Part shown: positions 19,122 to 29,151 of the stretch, in pieces
Numbering within the stretch: the stretch's first letter is position 1
Layout of the letters: every line of letters begins with the position of its first letter
DNA from: an uncultured Chlorobiaceae bacterium
GTDB lineage: Bacteria; Bacteroidota; Ignavibacteria; UBA10030; SZUA-254
NCBI GenBank assembly: GCA_964520905.1
Contig: CAZFQL010000007.1
Coordinates: 39,603-103,602 of the forward strand
Direction: 5' to 3'
DNA: 64,000 nucleotides
Position numbers and translations under genes: made by a program
Notes under the pieces: model-generated
The model's database searches: none
Told to the model about the DNA's origin: nothing
Seen by the model: only the letters and a program-made list of their open reading frames with translations

Positions 19122-19400
19122 TTGTGTCGCTCCTCTGGAGCTTTCCTGCTTTATTGACTTGTGCTACAAACATTTCGCTCCTACGGAGCTAATAACAAAA
19201 TATTTTTACTACATGAGTCCCGTAGGGACGAAACGTATATAGAAATAATAAACGAAATATATTAAGCTCCGTCAGTCCAAAGGACTCCTTTGAAGGAGCG
19301 AGACAAAATAGGAAATATGATTTCAGCTTGTGCTATAAATGTTGCGCTCCTACGGAGCTTTCATTCGATGATGATTTATAGGAGTCCCGTAGGGACGAGA
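19122..19400. repeat. Cluster of REP-like GC-stem hairpins upstream of the RAYT gene
   Basis: Repeated units: GCTCC-TCT-GGAGC (19128-19140); CGCTCC-TAC-GGAGCT (19176-19190 and 19345-19359); GAGTCCC-GTA-GGGACGA (19215-19231 and 19382-19398); AAGCTCCGTCAGTCCAAAGGACTCCTTTGAAGGAGCGA (19264-19301). All are short perfect palindromes. The loops carry GTAG/CTAC. Confidence 0.7.
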
Positions 19401-19468
19401 TGTTTATAGTATAGTATAAAAAAATAATCAAGCTCCATTAGATGCGAAACCATATAAGGATTGATTCT

Positions 19469-19942
19469 ATGGCAAACACATACACACAAATATACATACA
19501 TATTGTTTTTTCTGTACATGGTCGCCAGAGTCTGATTAAAACGGAATGGAAAGAACGATTGCATAAATATCTCACTGGGATCGTTAAGAACGAGAAGCAA
19601 AAGTTAATTGTGATAAATAGTATGCCCGACCATATTCATCTTCTCATTGGTATGAAACCAGATATTGCCCTATCGGATTTGATACGAGATATTAAGTCAA
19701 ATTCATCGAAGTTTATCAACGAACAACGGCTAACGCGAGGAAGATTCAATTGGCAAGAAGGATTCGGTGCTTTTTCAAATTCCCACTCACAATTGGATAC
19801 AGTGATACGATATATTCAGAATCAAGAACGACATCATGCTAAGAAAACATTCCGTCAAGAATATTTAGAGATGCTGAAGAAATTCACAATAGATTATAAC
19901 GATAAATATGTCTTCGAATGGATTGAAGGAACAAATGATTAA
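19469..19942 (+). mobile_element. IS200/IS605-family Y1 (HUH) transposase, REP-associated tyrosine transposase (RAYT/TnpA_REP)-like
   Basis: ~157 aa from ATG 19469 (MANTYTQIYIHIVFSVHGRQSLI...); an alternative upstream start lies at 19442. HUH motif MPDHIHLLIG. Size and motif order are typical of IS200 TnpA/RAYT. Flanked on both sides by REP-like hairpin clusters. No TnpB gene. Confidence 0.75.
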
Positions 19943-20150
19943 TTGTGCCGCTCCTCTGGAGCTTTTTCCTCTGATTTGGTTGGTTCTATCGACATCTCGC
20001 TCCTACGGAGCTGTTATGCGATGATAATAAAGTACCGTTCGGGACGAAATGTTTTGAGCCAAAGGCTCATGCACCTCTGGCGCAATAGAAAAATAATAGA
20101 AGATAAAATAAGCTCCGTCAGTCCAAAGGACTCCTTTGGAGGAGCGAAAC
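19941..20150. repeat. Second cluster of the same REP-like hairpins downstream of the RAYT gene
   Basis: ATTGTGCCGCTCCTCTGGAGCTTT (19942-19965), CGCTCCTACGGAGCT (19998-20012), the variant TACCGTTCGGGACGAAA (~20033-20047), and AAGCTCCGTCAGTCCAAAGGACTCCTTTGGAGGAGCGA (20110-20147). These are the same unit types as in 19122-19400. Confidence 0.7.
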
Positions 20151-20244
20151 TTACATCCTAAATCATAAATCTTATTTCCTGAATCTTCCATCATCAATCC
20201 TACATCCTTGTATCAATCTCTCTATTTGGTTATATTAAATCACC

Positions 20245-22068
20245 ATGAAGCAATACTTTCGTATAGTTAAATACCTGAAGGAATTCTGGAAACCGCTAAC
20301 GGCTTCAACAGTGTGCAATATTTTATTTGTTGTATTTGCCACTCTTTCGGTCGCTTCAATCATGCCGTTCATGGATATTGTATTCAATCCCCCGGCACAA
20401 GTCAATCAGAAACCTGTCGAATTCAATCTCTTCCAGCTTCGTGAGTATACCACACTCCGTCTTCAGCAATTGGTATTAAATTATGATCGCATAGATTTGC
20501 TCCTCGGTTTATGTATTATCCTGATAGTGACGTTCTTCATGAAAAATTTGTTCATGTACTTTCAAGGTTATTTTATGTCAACCGTTGAGCAGGGAGTTAC
20601 ACGACGGCTGCGTGAAAATTTATACGCTCATCTGCACCAACTATCGATGGGATTCTTCAATAATGAAAGAAAAGGAAATCTCGTATCAACGATTGTTAAT
20701 GACGTAAAAGTTGTTCAGGAATCTCTTTCGGTTGCTATGAATGGCATGTTTCGTGACCCATTGCAGATCATACTTTTTACGCTCGTACTCTTTTTCTTCG
20801 ATTGGTCTCTCTCTCTGTTTATGTGTGTATTATTACCTGTTACGGGTCTTCTTATTACGAAATTGGGACAAATGCTACGCCGAGAGAGCAAACTAGCGCA
20901 GGAGAGAATGGCTGACGTGATTTCTGTTTTAACAGAGACATTGTCCAACGTGCGAGTAGTTAAAGCTTTCCGAATGGAAGAGTTTGAGATCAATAAATTC
21001 AAACATCATACTTTCAGTTATTTTAAAACCATGCGAGGAATTCAGAGACGGAAAAATCTTGCAAGCCCGCTGACTGAGTTTCTTGGTGTAATAACTGTAG
21101 CCATCATCCTCTGGTTTATCGGGAAGAACGTAATCCAGGGGACAACGGCGATGACACCGGGAGCGCTACTGCTATATATAGGTATTATTGCCCAGATGTT
21201 GCCGTCGTTGAAATCGTTTGGGTTGGTTTTTAACAGCATACAGGAGGGAGTTGCAGCCGCCAATAGGGTTTTTGGAATTTTAGATATCAAGCCGCGGATT
21301 ATAGATCAATCGAATGCTGTTGCCATTACCGGTTTTCATAACAAGATTAAATTTGAAAATGTCTACTTCAAATACGAATCGGGTGAGATTGTACTAAAAG
21401 ATATCAATTGCGATATCAATGCCGGTGAAACAATCGCGATAGTCGGACCAAGCGGCGCCGGTAAGTCAACCATGGTCGATTTGATTCCACGATTTTATGA
21501 TGCGACCGATGGACATGTATTAATCGATGGAGTTGATATCCGCAACATCACGATGGATTCACTTCGTTCACTAATGGGTATCGTGACGCAGGAGACCATA
21601 TTGTTCAATGATTCGGTTCGGAATAATATAGCTTACGGGCATCAGGATGTTGAATTCGAAAAGATAGTCGCGGCGGCAAAAGTAGCCAATGCTCATGATT
21701 TCATACTTGGTTTCACGGAAGGATATGATACTGTCATCGGTGATCGCGGCGTAAAATTATCCGGCGGCGAACGTCAGCGCATCTCGCTCGCGCGTGCAAT
21801 CTTAAAAAACCCTCCCATTTTAATACTCGACGAAGCAACATCGGCGCTTGATACAGAATCTGAAATTCTCGTTCAGCAGGCAATCGAACGTCTCATGATC
21901 GGCAGAACATCTATCATAATAGCCCACCGATTATCTACTGTCCAGCGCGCCGATCGTATCATAGTGATTGAAAACGGAGGGATAGTGGAGACGGGCAAGC
22001 ATCTCTCTCTTCTTTCCAAGACTAACAGTGTTTACAAGAAATTGTACGAGTTGCAATTCCAGGTTTGA
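20245..22068 (+). CDS. msbA: ABC transporter, fused permease/ATPase, MsbA-like lipid/lipid-A exporter
   Basis: 607 aa. Six N-terminal TM helices. Walker A GPSGAGKST, ABC signature LSGGERQR, Walker B ILILDEATSALD, H-loop IIIAHRLST. Confidence 0.8.
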   Translation: MKQYFRIVKYLKEFWKPLTASTVCNILFVVFATLSVASIMPFMDIVFNPPAQVNQKPVEFNLFQLREYTTLRLQQLVLNYDRIDLLLGLCIILIVTFFMKNLFMYFQGYFMSTVEQGVTRRLRENLYAHLHQLSMGFFNNERKGNLVSTIVNDVKVVQESLSVAMNGMFRDPLQIILFTLVLFFFDWSLSLFMCVLLPVTGLLITKLGQMLRRESKLAQERMADVISVLTETLSNVRVVKAFRMEEFEINKFKHHTFSYFKTMRGIQRRKNLASPLTEFLGVITVAIILWFIGKNVIQGTTAMTPGALLLYIGIIAQMLPSLKSFGLVFNSIQEGVAAANRVFGILDIKPRIIDQSNAVAITGFHNKIKFENVYFKYESGEIVLKDINCDINAGETIAIVGPSGAGKSTMVDLIPRFYDATDGHVLIDGVDIRNITMDSLRSLMGIVTQETILFNDSVRNNIAYGHQDVEFEKIVAAAKVANAHDFILGFTEGYDTVIGDRGVKLSGGERQRISLARAILKNPPILILDEATSALDTESEILVQQAIERLMIGRTSIIIAHRLSTVQRADRIIVIENGGIVETGKHLSLLSKTNSVYKKLYELQFQV

Positions 22069-22094
22069 GAAACAACGATTGACAATAAAATAAG

Positions 22095-23624
22095 TTATTC
22101 TTTATTCGGAACGCGATATATATAAACAGCCCGGTTTATATTGTATTTAGGATTCAGCATGTAAAGAAGATCGTCAACAAGACTCGGATTTATTTGTTTT
22201 ACAAATATCTGTTCCGGGAATAATGTTTTCAACTTATCTATTCTTTCTTGCAAGTGATCATCTCCCATGTAGATAATATAAGAGGGCGGTAAAGCTTTGC
22301 CGTTATTAAAATTTATCTTTAAAGAATCAAGAGGTTTTTCTCGGCTGACTTCATATATCCGGCAGGTTCTTCCCATATAAAAAAATGGCATCATCGGGAT
22401 AGAAGACAGTTCATCATTGATGAGAATGGCTTTTACCTCGGGCTTGTCGTAGAAGAATCGCATACTCTCGACGCGAGTTTTTTTAGAATAAGTAAACAAT
22501 GTCAATACCAGTAAAAAGGCATTGACAACCCAGAACCACCGCCACAGCCATTTGTTAATCCGGTCCCATGTCAAAGATACTTTCATTTCTTTTTTCAACC
22601 AATACCAACCGATAGTCGCACCGATCAAAATGAAAGGGATAGCCGGAAGTATAAATCGTTCCTGCTTATTTGGGTAGATAGAATGAAAAATTAAAAAGGC
22701 GACTGTCGGTAAAACTAAATAACGTGCCTTTTTCCAAGCCGTTATGAATATGGAGAATATCATTAGACTCGTTGGCGGGATGAGAAAGCCGAGCACTGTT
22801 CCGGCATAAGTATACCAGACATTCGTTGTGTATTCGTACATGTTCTTTGAGTCGGCGTTATAACGAAGATACTCGATGAAAGTTGTAAATGGTTTGCCGT
22901 ACACAAAGTATTCCGGGATTCCGAGAGCGATAAAACAGATAACTATAAATCCTGCCATTAATCCTATCAGTCGGGTCCATTTTCTTTCGATAAGAAGCAG
23001 CAATCCAAGCAGTCCGATAAATGAAGTTGTCTGGTATCTCAATACAAATGCAAATCCGGAAACTGCCCCTGCCGAGACTGCGAAAAGCAATTCTTTGTTT
23101 TGATTTTTCTTTATCAGTAAATAAGCGCCGATCATGAGAGGGGGGATACACACTATCTCAACGAGGTTTCTGACGGACATAAATGGCAAGATCCAGAAAA
23201 GCGCCAATAGGATGCCTGCAAATTTTGCAGTATTCTTATCGGATAGTTCTTCTGTAATTTTCATACCAAACCAGACGATAAGAAGAGAATAAATCGCGTG
23301 GAGGATCCTGACGATAAACATTTTAATTTGCGGATCGAAGACCCCGACCTGTTCAAATCCGCTGAACAACAAATAATGTAAGCCGATATAGAATAAATTT
23401 CTTAGAGAGGGATCTTTCGGATCCGGCAGAGCAATTCCATCCACCCAATTCTGGGCAACTTCGATGACGCAGAAATGATCGTCGTGCATACCGTATCCTT
23501 TTGCAAAGATTGCCGCGATCAGCCGAACTATCAACGCTATTACCATGACAGTTCCGTAAGGATACTTAATCCATATATTTTTTAGATATTCTTTCATCCG
23601 GTTGGCTCCAGATATTGAAAACAT
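22095..23624 (-). CDS. Polytopic membrane glycosyltransferase, ArnT/PMT-like (GT39/GT83-type)
   Basis: 509 aa with >10 predicted TM helices, an N-terminal loop with DD/DE-type acidic residues (GMHDDHF), and a C-terminal soluble domain. The architecture is typical of undecaprenyl-phosphate-sugar dependent glycosyltransferases. Family assignment is by architecture only. Confidence 0.4.
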   Translation of the reverse strand: MFSISGANRMKEYLKNIWIKYPYGTVMVIALIVRLIAAIFAKGYGMHDDHFCVIEVAQNWVDGIALPDPKDPSLRNLFYIGLHYLLFSGFEQVGVFDPQIKMFIVRILHAIYSLLIVWFGMKITEELSDKNTAKFAGILLALFWILPFMSVRNLVEIVCIPPLMIGAYLLIKKNQNKELLFAVSAGAVSGFAFVLRYQTTSFIGLLGLLLLIERKWTRLIGLMAGFIVICFIALGIPEYFVYGKPFTTFIEYLRYNADSKNMYEYTTNVWYTYAGTVLGFLIPPTSLMIFSIFITAWKKARYLVLPTVAFLIFHSIYPNKQERFILPAIPFILIGATIGWYWLKKEMKVSLTWDRINKWLWRWFWVVNAFLLVLTLFTYSKKTRVESMRFFYDKPEVKAILINDELSSIPMMPFFYMGRTCRIYEVSREKPLDSLKINFNNGKALPPSYIIYMGDDHLQERIDKLKTLFPEQIFVKQINPSLVDDLLYMLNPKYNINRAVYIYRVPNKE

Positions 23625-23788
23625 ACAAGCAATTATTTTAGTATTATGATAACCGTATTCTCAGTTATACCAGATTTAATCAGTAAGATACCTGCGATTG
23701 CTAATTTACCGCAGAATGAATATATTGAAAAAATTATTAATATAAAATCATTGCCATTAAAGTAGATCAAGCGGATTTATCCTTTCAA

Positions 23789-25690
23789 ATGAATGAAACC
23801 ATCCTACATCAAACATTTTACCTCCGGTTACTCTTCAAACGGTTATTTATTGTACTTGCTCTTTTTACGGTATGTCGCGCCCTTTTTTATGTATTCAATA
23901 CAGAAGTGTTTTCAGACAGTACATTATCCGAGATCATCGCCGCGTTCATATACGGCATCCGCTTCGATGTCTCTGCGATAATCTATTATAACTTCTTATT
24001 TATATTTCTTCATCTCATTCCTATACCATCCCGTGATGGCAGGTTGTATCGGTTGATGACAAAGATCGTATTCCATCTATCCACTGTTTTTATGATGTTG
24101 GTTTCGGTAATTGATATCGAGTATTTCAAATATTCTAAGAAAAGAACTACATACGATATTTTCGGGATGAGCAGTGACTGGTCGCAGTTGTTTCTTCAAT
24201 ATCTTAAGGATTTTTGGTATCTCGTTTTAATTCTGATCGGTTTGATAATAATTATTGAGGTCCTCTACCGCAAAACGGAGCGGCGCTCTAATAAAGTCAG
24301 AATTAAATATCTATTTCAATCTGCGATGCTTATCATTTTTGGAGCCGCGTTTATAATTGGTGCGAGGGGTGGGTTTCAGTTAAAACCGATAAAAATGAGC
24401 GATGCCGCCCTTGATGTAAATCCCAAAAATATTTCACTCGTATTGAATACTCCCTTCACAATCTTGCGTACATATGGCAGGAAAGGGCTTGCCGAGGTTC
24501 GCTATATGTCTGATGACGAAGCGGCTATGCTTGTTCCAATTCATAAACGAAAACATTCCGATGGTACCTTCAGGAAAATGAATGTGGTCATTATAATCGT
24601 CGAGAGTCTTTCCAGAGAATTTATCGGGAGGTTGAATCGCTATCCGGGATATACGCCGTTTCTGGATTCGCTTAGTTATCAAGGGCTGATTTGTACTAAC
24701 GCTTATGCAAATGGAACAAGATCGATGGAGGCGGTTCCTGCTATCCTTGCAAGCATACCTAACCTGATGGATGATTCTTATATTTTCTCCGTCTACCAGA
24801 GCAATGCGATTAACAGCATCGGAAGTATATTGCGCGATCAAGGTTACAGCACTTCTTTCTTCCATGGCGGAACTAACGGTACGATGGGATTTGACAGCTT
24901 CATCAAGCTGGCAGGTTTTGAAAAATATTACGGCAGGACCGAGTACAACAATGAAAATGATTTCGATGGTTACTGGGGGATTCCGGATGAGGAGTTTCTC
25001 CAATATACTGCGATGAAATTGAATGAAACGCCTGAGCCGTTTTGTGCCACGATATTTACTCTCTCATCTCACCATCCATATTCTCTTCCACCGAAGCATG
25101 CAAATGATTTTAAAGGCGGAACGACGCCGATTCAAAGAACAATAATGTACACAGATTATTCATTGAAGAAGTTTTTTGAAACTGCTTCGTCTCTAAATTG
25201 GTACGATAACACTCTGTTTGTTATAACCGGAGATCATACACCGGCGGAAACGGAACATCCTTTTTACCGTTCACAGGTAGGAATGTACGCCCTGCCGATA
25301 ATCTTCTTCCATCAGGGGAGCGATTTAATCGGTACATTTGAATCGGTTGTGCAGCAAATCGATATCATGCCGTCGATCCTGGATTACTTACGCTATGATA
25401 GGGAGTATATTGCATTCGGCAACAGTATATTTGATACAAGTAAGCACCGTTTTGTTTATAATTTTTTAGATAGTTATCAAATATTTAGCAGCGAGTATGC
25501 ATTGTCGTTCAATGGTGAAACGAGTACTGGTGTAATAAAGTACGGGCCGGATAGTATGTCTGCGATAAATCTAATAAATTCGTATCCGGTAGTTAAAAGC
25601 CGGCTCGAAAAACAGGTGAAGGGCATGATACAAGTATATAATCGCGCTCTAATTCATAATGAGATGACAATGAGGTATTCCAGGAATTGA
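23789..25690 (+). CDS. LtaS/MdoB-like sulfatase-family membrane protein (phosphoglycerol or phosphoethanolamine transferase type)
   Basis: 633 aa. Five N-terminal TM helices followed by an alkaline-phosphatase/sulfatase-fold domain (VVIIIVESLSREF...GTRSMEAVPAILASIP...HGGTNGTMGFDSF...SSHHPY...ITGDHT). Confidence 0.6.
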   Translation: MNETILHQTFYLRLLFKRLFIVLALFTVCRALFYVFNTEVFSDSTLSEIIAAFIYGIRFDVSAIIYYNFLFIFLHLIPIPSRDGRLYRLMTKIVFHLSTVFMMLVSVIDIEYFKYSKKRTTYDIFGMSSDWSQLFLQYLKDFWYLVLILIGLIIIIEVLYRKTERRSNKVRIKYLFQSAMLIIFGAAFIIGARGGFQLKPIKMSDAALDVNPKNISLVLNTPFTILRTYGRKGLAEVRYMSDDEAAMLVPIHKRKHSDGTFRKMNVVIIIVESLSREFIGRLNRYPGYTPFLDSLSYQGLICTNAYANGTRSMEAVPAILASIPNLMDDSYIFSVYQSNAINSIGSILRDQGYSTSFFHGGTNGTMGFDSFIKLAGFEKYYGRTEYNNENDFDGYWGIPDEEFLQYTAMKLNETPEPFCATIFTLSSHHPYSLPPKHANDFKGGTTPIQRTIMYTDYSLKKFFETASSLNWYDNTLFVITGDHTPAETEHPFYRSQVGMYALPIIFFHQGSDLIGTFESVVQQIDIMPSILDYLRYDREYIAFGNSIFDTSKHRFVYNFLDSYQIFSSEYALSFNGETSTGVIKYGPDSMSAINLINSYPVVKSRLEKQVKGMIQVYNRALIHNEMTMRYSRN

Positions 25691-25771
25691 AAAAGCGGGT
25701 ATCATCAATTAGAAATTTATCGGTTAATCTCGATCATAAATTATTTTTCCTTATTATATAATTACTCTAAC

Positions 25772-26173
25772 ATGGCGGAAATGATTTCTATAGGATTTCT
25801 TTTAAAGTTCATTCGTTTCGGTATTGTCGGATTCTCGGGCGTATTCGTCGATTTCGGGATTACGTATGTATGCAAAGAGAAGATTAAGATAAATAAGTAT
25901 ATATCGAATAGCGCCGGATTCTTGACGGCGACGGCAAGTAATTATACCTTAAATAGAATCTGGACGTTCCACAGCATTGATCCGGCTATTGCAACTCAGT
26001 TTTCAAAATTTCTTATGATATCTGCAATCGGTTTGGGGATTAACAACATGATCCTCTTCATTCTGACTAATAAATTTAAAATGAATTTCTATGTATCAAA
26101 AGGTATCGCAACATTAGCTGTGATGTTATGGAATTTTTTTGCAAATTATTACTATACATTTCAAGAGAGTTAA
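25772..26173 (+). CDS. GtrA-family membrane protein (polysaccharide biosynthesis/flippase-associated)
   Basis: 133 aa with 4 TM helices. N-terminal FIRFGIVGFSGVFVDFGITYV and C-terminal WNFFANYYYTFQ are typical of the GtrA family. Confidence 0.6.
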   Translation: MAEMISIGFLLKFIRFGIVGFSGVFVDFGITYVCKEKIKINKYISNSAGFLTATASNYTLNRIWTFHSIDPAIATQFSKFLMISAIGLGINNMILFILTNKFKMNFYVSKGIATLAVMLWNFFANYYYTFQES

Positions 26174-26248
26174 CCATATGACCGGAATTATACTTAAATC
26201 AAATGATTAAGGACAAGGTCGGCTTACTTTATACAATCGAATAAATCT

Positions 26249-27469
26249 ATGATAGATCACAATATAAGTTCAACTAATGGAACCGGGAATAAAATCCTAA
26301 TAAATATTATTGTCGGTTGTACATTCGCTTTCGTATTATGCTCGACATTTTCCATAGCATTTTCTCAGATTGCATATTTCAGCGGACTTGTGCTGTGGTT
26401 GTTTCTTATCGTAAGGAAGAAAGATAATATTGAAAAGACACCGCTTGATATGTATTTTATTATATATCTTTACTTCGAAGCGTTTACCACAATCTTTGCA
26501 TTCAATTCATTTGATGCGCTGATGCATATACAGAAGAGACTTCTTCTGATTCCTATCTTTTATATTGTAATAAGATTCGCCGATAGCCGTCTGCTGGTTC
26601 AGAAACTTATTATTACATGGTTTGTGTCGGCAGCACTGGTGGGGATTTTCAGCACAATATCGATTCTTGCAGAATTCTCCGACTACTCGCATTATCTGAA
26701 ACGTTTCGGTCTGTATAATCACTACATGACAATAGGCGGTTTGTCGATGTTCATGATATTACTGATGACGCCGTTCGCTCTTCATGAAAAAACGCCGATG
26801 CGAATCAGGTATCTCTCTATCATCGGGATTGGGTTTATATTATTCACGCTTCTGTTCACTTTTACGAGGAGTTCCTGGATGGGGGCGATAGCAGGAATTT
26901 TTGTTATTGCCTTAATCAGGTATAAAAAACTTGTTGCAGTCATTGCTGTGGTTGCTACCGGTATCGCTATATTCGGAAGTCCGGAACTGCATGCACGATT
27001 CATCTCGATATTCGATCCGAACGATCCAAGTAACGCTGAGCGTCTCCAGATGTGGGGAGTGGGCTTACAAATATTTCGTGATCATCCCGTATTTGGCGTC
27101 GGTGATGTTAACCTGATGGCTTTGAGCCGAATGTATTCACACAGTAGTTTTGGTTTTGGTCATGCACATAATAATATTGTTATGTGGCTGATAACACTTG
27201 GAGTTGTCGGATTTACTTTTATTCTTTTCTGGTTTATCAAGATTTGGAAAATATTATGGAATACATACAAATTATCGAATAACGATTGGCTGTACGAATC
27301 ATTCACACTCGGGGCGATTGCCGCATTCGTCGGGTTTCATGTGAACGGTATGTTCGAATGGAATTTTGGCGATGCAGAAATATTCATGATGTTCTGGATA
27401 ATGGTCGGTATGGTTATGTCGATCAAAAAAATAATCGAGCGTAACAAATCCGGTGAACCTGTAAAATGA
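26249..27469 (+). CDS. O-antigen ligase / Wzy-type polymerase-like polytopic membrane protein
   Basis: 406 aa, ~10-12 TM helices with a large periplasmic loop (RFISIFDPNDPSNAERLQMWGVGLQIFRDHPVFGVGD...HAHNN) of the Wzy_C/O-antigen ligase type. Confidence 0.5.
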   Translation: MIDHNISSTNGTGNKILINIIVGCTFAFVLCSTFSIAFSQIAYFSGLVLWLFLIVRKKDNIEKTPLDMYFIIYLYFEAFTTIFAFNSFDALMHIQKRLLLIPIFYIVIRFADSRLLVQKLIITWFVSAALVGIFSTISILAEFSDYSHYLKRFGLYNHYMTIGGLSMFMILLMTPFALHEKTPMRIRYLSIIGIGFILFTLLFTFTRSSWMGAIAGIFVIALIRYKKLVAVIAVVATGIAIFGSPELHARFISIFDPNDPSNAERLQMWGVGLQIFRDHPVFGVGDVNLMALSRMYSHSSFGFGHAHNNIVMWLITLGVVGFTFILFWFIKIWKILWNTYKLSNNDWLYESFTLGAIAAFVGFHVNGMFEWNFGDAEIFMMFWIMVGMVMSIKKIIERNKSGEPVK

Positions 27470-28596
27470 TCGATAGAATTCGTATACTGCACATTTCTTC
27501 TTCACGCTCATGGGGAGGGGCAGAGATGGCGGCGGTTAAATTAGCAAATAATTTTGCTCGAAGAGGTCACGAAATCATTTTCGCTGCCCATCCGAAAAGC
27601 CGGATAACAAAAGAATTACAAAATACAGAAGTCGAAGTGATCCCGATTAATTTCATTCGTCACTTTGATCCTGCCGCGGTGATCAAGCTGATGAAAATTA
27701 TCAATGATCGGCAGATAGACGTTATTCATTGTCACCTGTCACGGGATCTGGTTCATCTCTATTGGATAACAGTTCTATCGCGGTCACTGCCAATTATCTT
27801 AGATAAGCAAGTTTCTTCGGGTGTTTCTAAAAAAGGCGTCATCCATAAGATGATTTATGCTAAAGTCTCAAAAATATTTGTACTCTCCACTTATTTGGCA
27901 AAAAATGTTCTTGATACTTGCCCAATAACGAAAGATAAAATAGTTGTTATCCCCGGCGGCGTAAGGCTTGAAGATTTTAACATACCCGAAGGTGTGCGCG
28001 GAATATTAAGATCCCATTGGCAATTAACATCGAATGAGATTGTGTTCGGAACAGTGAGCCGAATTGATCGGCAAAAAGGGCTGGAAGATTTAGTACGGGC
28101 ATTCGCTTTACTCTGTGCGAAATATAATTCTATTAAATTAGTCATCGTAGGTGAACCAACTTTTGGCGAACCGGAGTTTGCCCATGAATTAGGAAATATC
28201 ATCAAAGAATTGGGAGTGGAGAATAAAGTGATCTTACCGGGCTTTCGCTCCGATATTCCGCGCGTATTATCAGCGTTCGATATTTTTGTCCTCCCGTCGT
28301 ATTCAGAGTCGTTCGGTTATGTTTTTATTGAAGCGCTCGGTGCCCGGCTGCCTGTTATTGCCACTAATGCCGGAGGAGTTCCGGATATAATTGAGAACGA
28401 AGTTTGTGGATTGTTAGTCCCGCCGATGGATCAACAAAGATTGTATGACGCTATGGAACGACTTTTAACCAACGATGCATTACGAAACCAATTCGGCTTC
28501 GCAGGTAGAAAGAGGGTGGAGGATAATTTTTTAGAAAGTGAGATACTCGATAAAATTGAAAGAGAATATTTAAATCTTATTAAAAGGAGGGCATAA
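27466..28596 (+). CDS. Glycosyltransferase family 1 (GT4-type)
   Basis: 376 aa. Start overlaps the previous stop (ATGA). C-terminal GT-B motif FVLPSYSESFGYVFIEALGARLPVIATNAGGVPDII (E-x7-E). Confidence 0.8.
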   Translation: MIDRIRILHISSSRSWGGAEMAAVKLANNFARRGHEIIFAAHPKSRITKELQNTEVEVIPINFIRHFDPAAVIKLMKIINDRQIDVIHCHLSRDLVHLYWITVLSRSLPIILDKQVSSGVSKKGVIHKMIYAKVSKIFVLSTYLAKNVLDTCPITKDKIVVIPGGVRLEDFNIPEGVRGILRSHWQLTSNEIVFGTVSRIDRQKGLEDLVRAFALLCAKYNSIKLVIVGEPTFGEPEFAHELGNIIKELGVENKVILPGFRSDIPRVLSAFDIFVLPSYSESFGYVFIEALGARLPVIATNAGGVPDIIENEVCGLLVPPMDQQRLYDAMERLLTNDALRNQFGFAGRKRVEDNFLESEILDKIEREYLNLIKRRA

Positions 28597-28611
28597 GTTC
28601 TCAAGCTATGT

Positions 28612-29130
28612 TTAATATGGATTTTTTTTCGGTTGAACACCTTTATTCTTTGTAAATTCTTCGAAACTAATTTTCTTATAATGCTCCCCGCCGATGTATT
28701 GTATTATGAGGAGGAATCTATCTGCCGGAACGAATGATCCTAATTTATTTATCGCATCTCCATTTGAATCCATAAAGAGTATCGTCGGAAATCCGGTAAC
28801 GCCGAAACTCTGGGTCAGTCCGCTCTCTGTTATTGTTTCGCCTTTATATTTTAGATTTTCTTTCCCTTCGCCATTTACCTTAACAGGGATATAATATTTA
28901 TTCAGATAATCGACTACCTTGGGATCTGTGTAGACTTCTGAGTCGAGCTTTTTGCACCATTTACACCAGTCGGTATAAACATCGATGAGTATTTTTTTCT
29001 TAGCCTTTTTTGCCTCTGCAACGCCGGCATCGAATTTTCTCCATTTTAATTCTGCTTTATCCCCGGCTAATACCGCCGTAGTTCCGAGAAGAATGATAAG
29101 AATAAGTGATGCTGTTATTTTCGTTTTCAT
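28612..29130 (-). CDS. Secreted thioredoxin-fold protein (thiol:disulfide oxidoreductase-like)
   Basis: 172 aa with a signal peptide (ILIILLGTTAVLA) and a CxxC motif in a thioredoxin-like context (VYTDWCKWCKKLD). Confidence 0.6.
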   Translation of the reverse strand: MKTKITASLILIILLGTTAVLAGDKAELKWRKFDAGVAEAKKAKKKILIDVYTDWCKWCKKLDSEVYTDPKVVDYLNKYYIPVKVNGEGKENLKYKGETITESGLTQSFGVTGFPTILFMDSNGDAINKLGSFVPADRFLLIIQYIGGEHYKKISFEEFTKNKGVQPKKNPY

Positions 29131-29151
29131 AAGTATAATCTATCCTGATAA

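Noticed and set aside
19122-20150. Possibility that the short repeated palindromes form a CRISPR array.
   Set aside because: The repeat units are heterogeneous (at least three different palindromes), irregularly spaced, individually only 13-38 nt with spacers of varying length, and flank a HUH transposase. No cas genes are present. The REP/RAYT organisation fits much better.
19943-20197. ORFs 19943-20161 (+) and 20003-20197 (-) downstream of the transposase.
   Set aside because: They lie entirely within the REP-like hairpin cluster. Their open frames are created by palindromic repeat sequence, not coding sequence.
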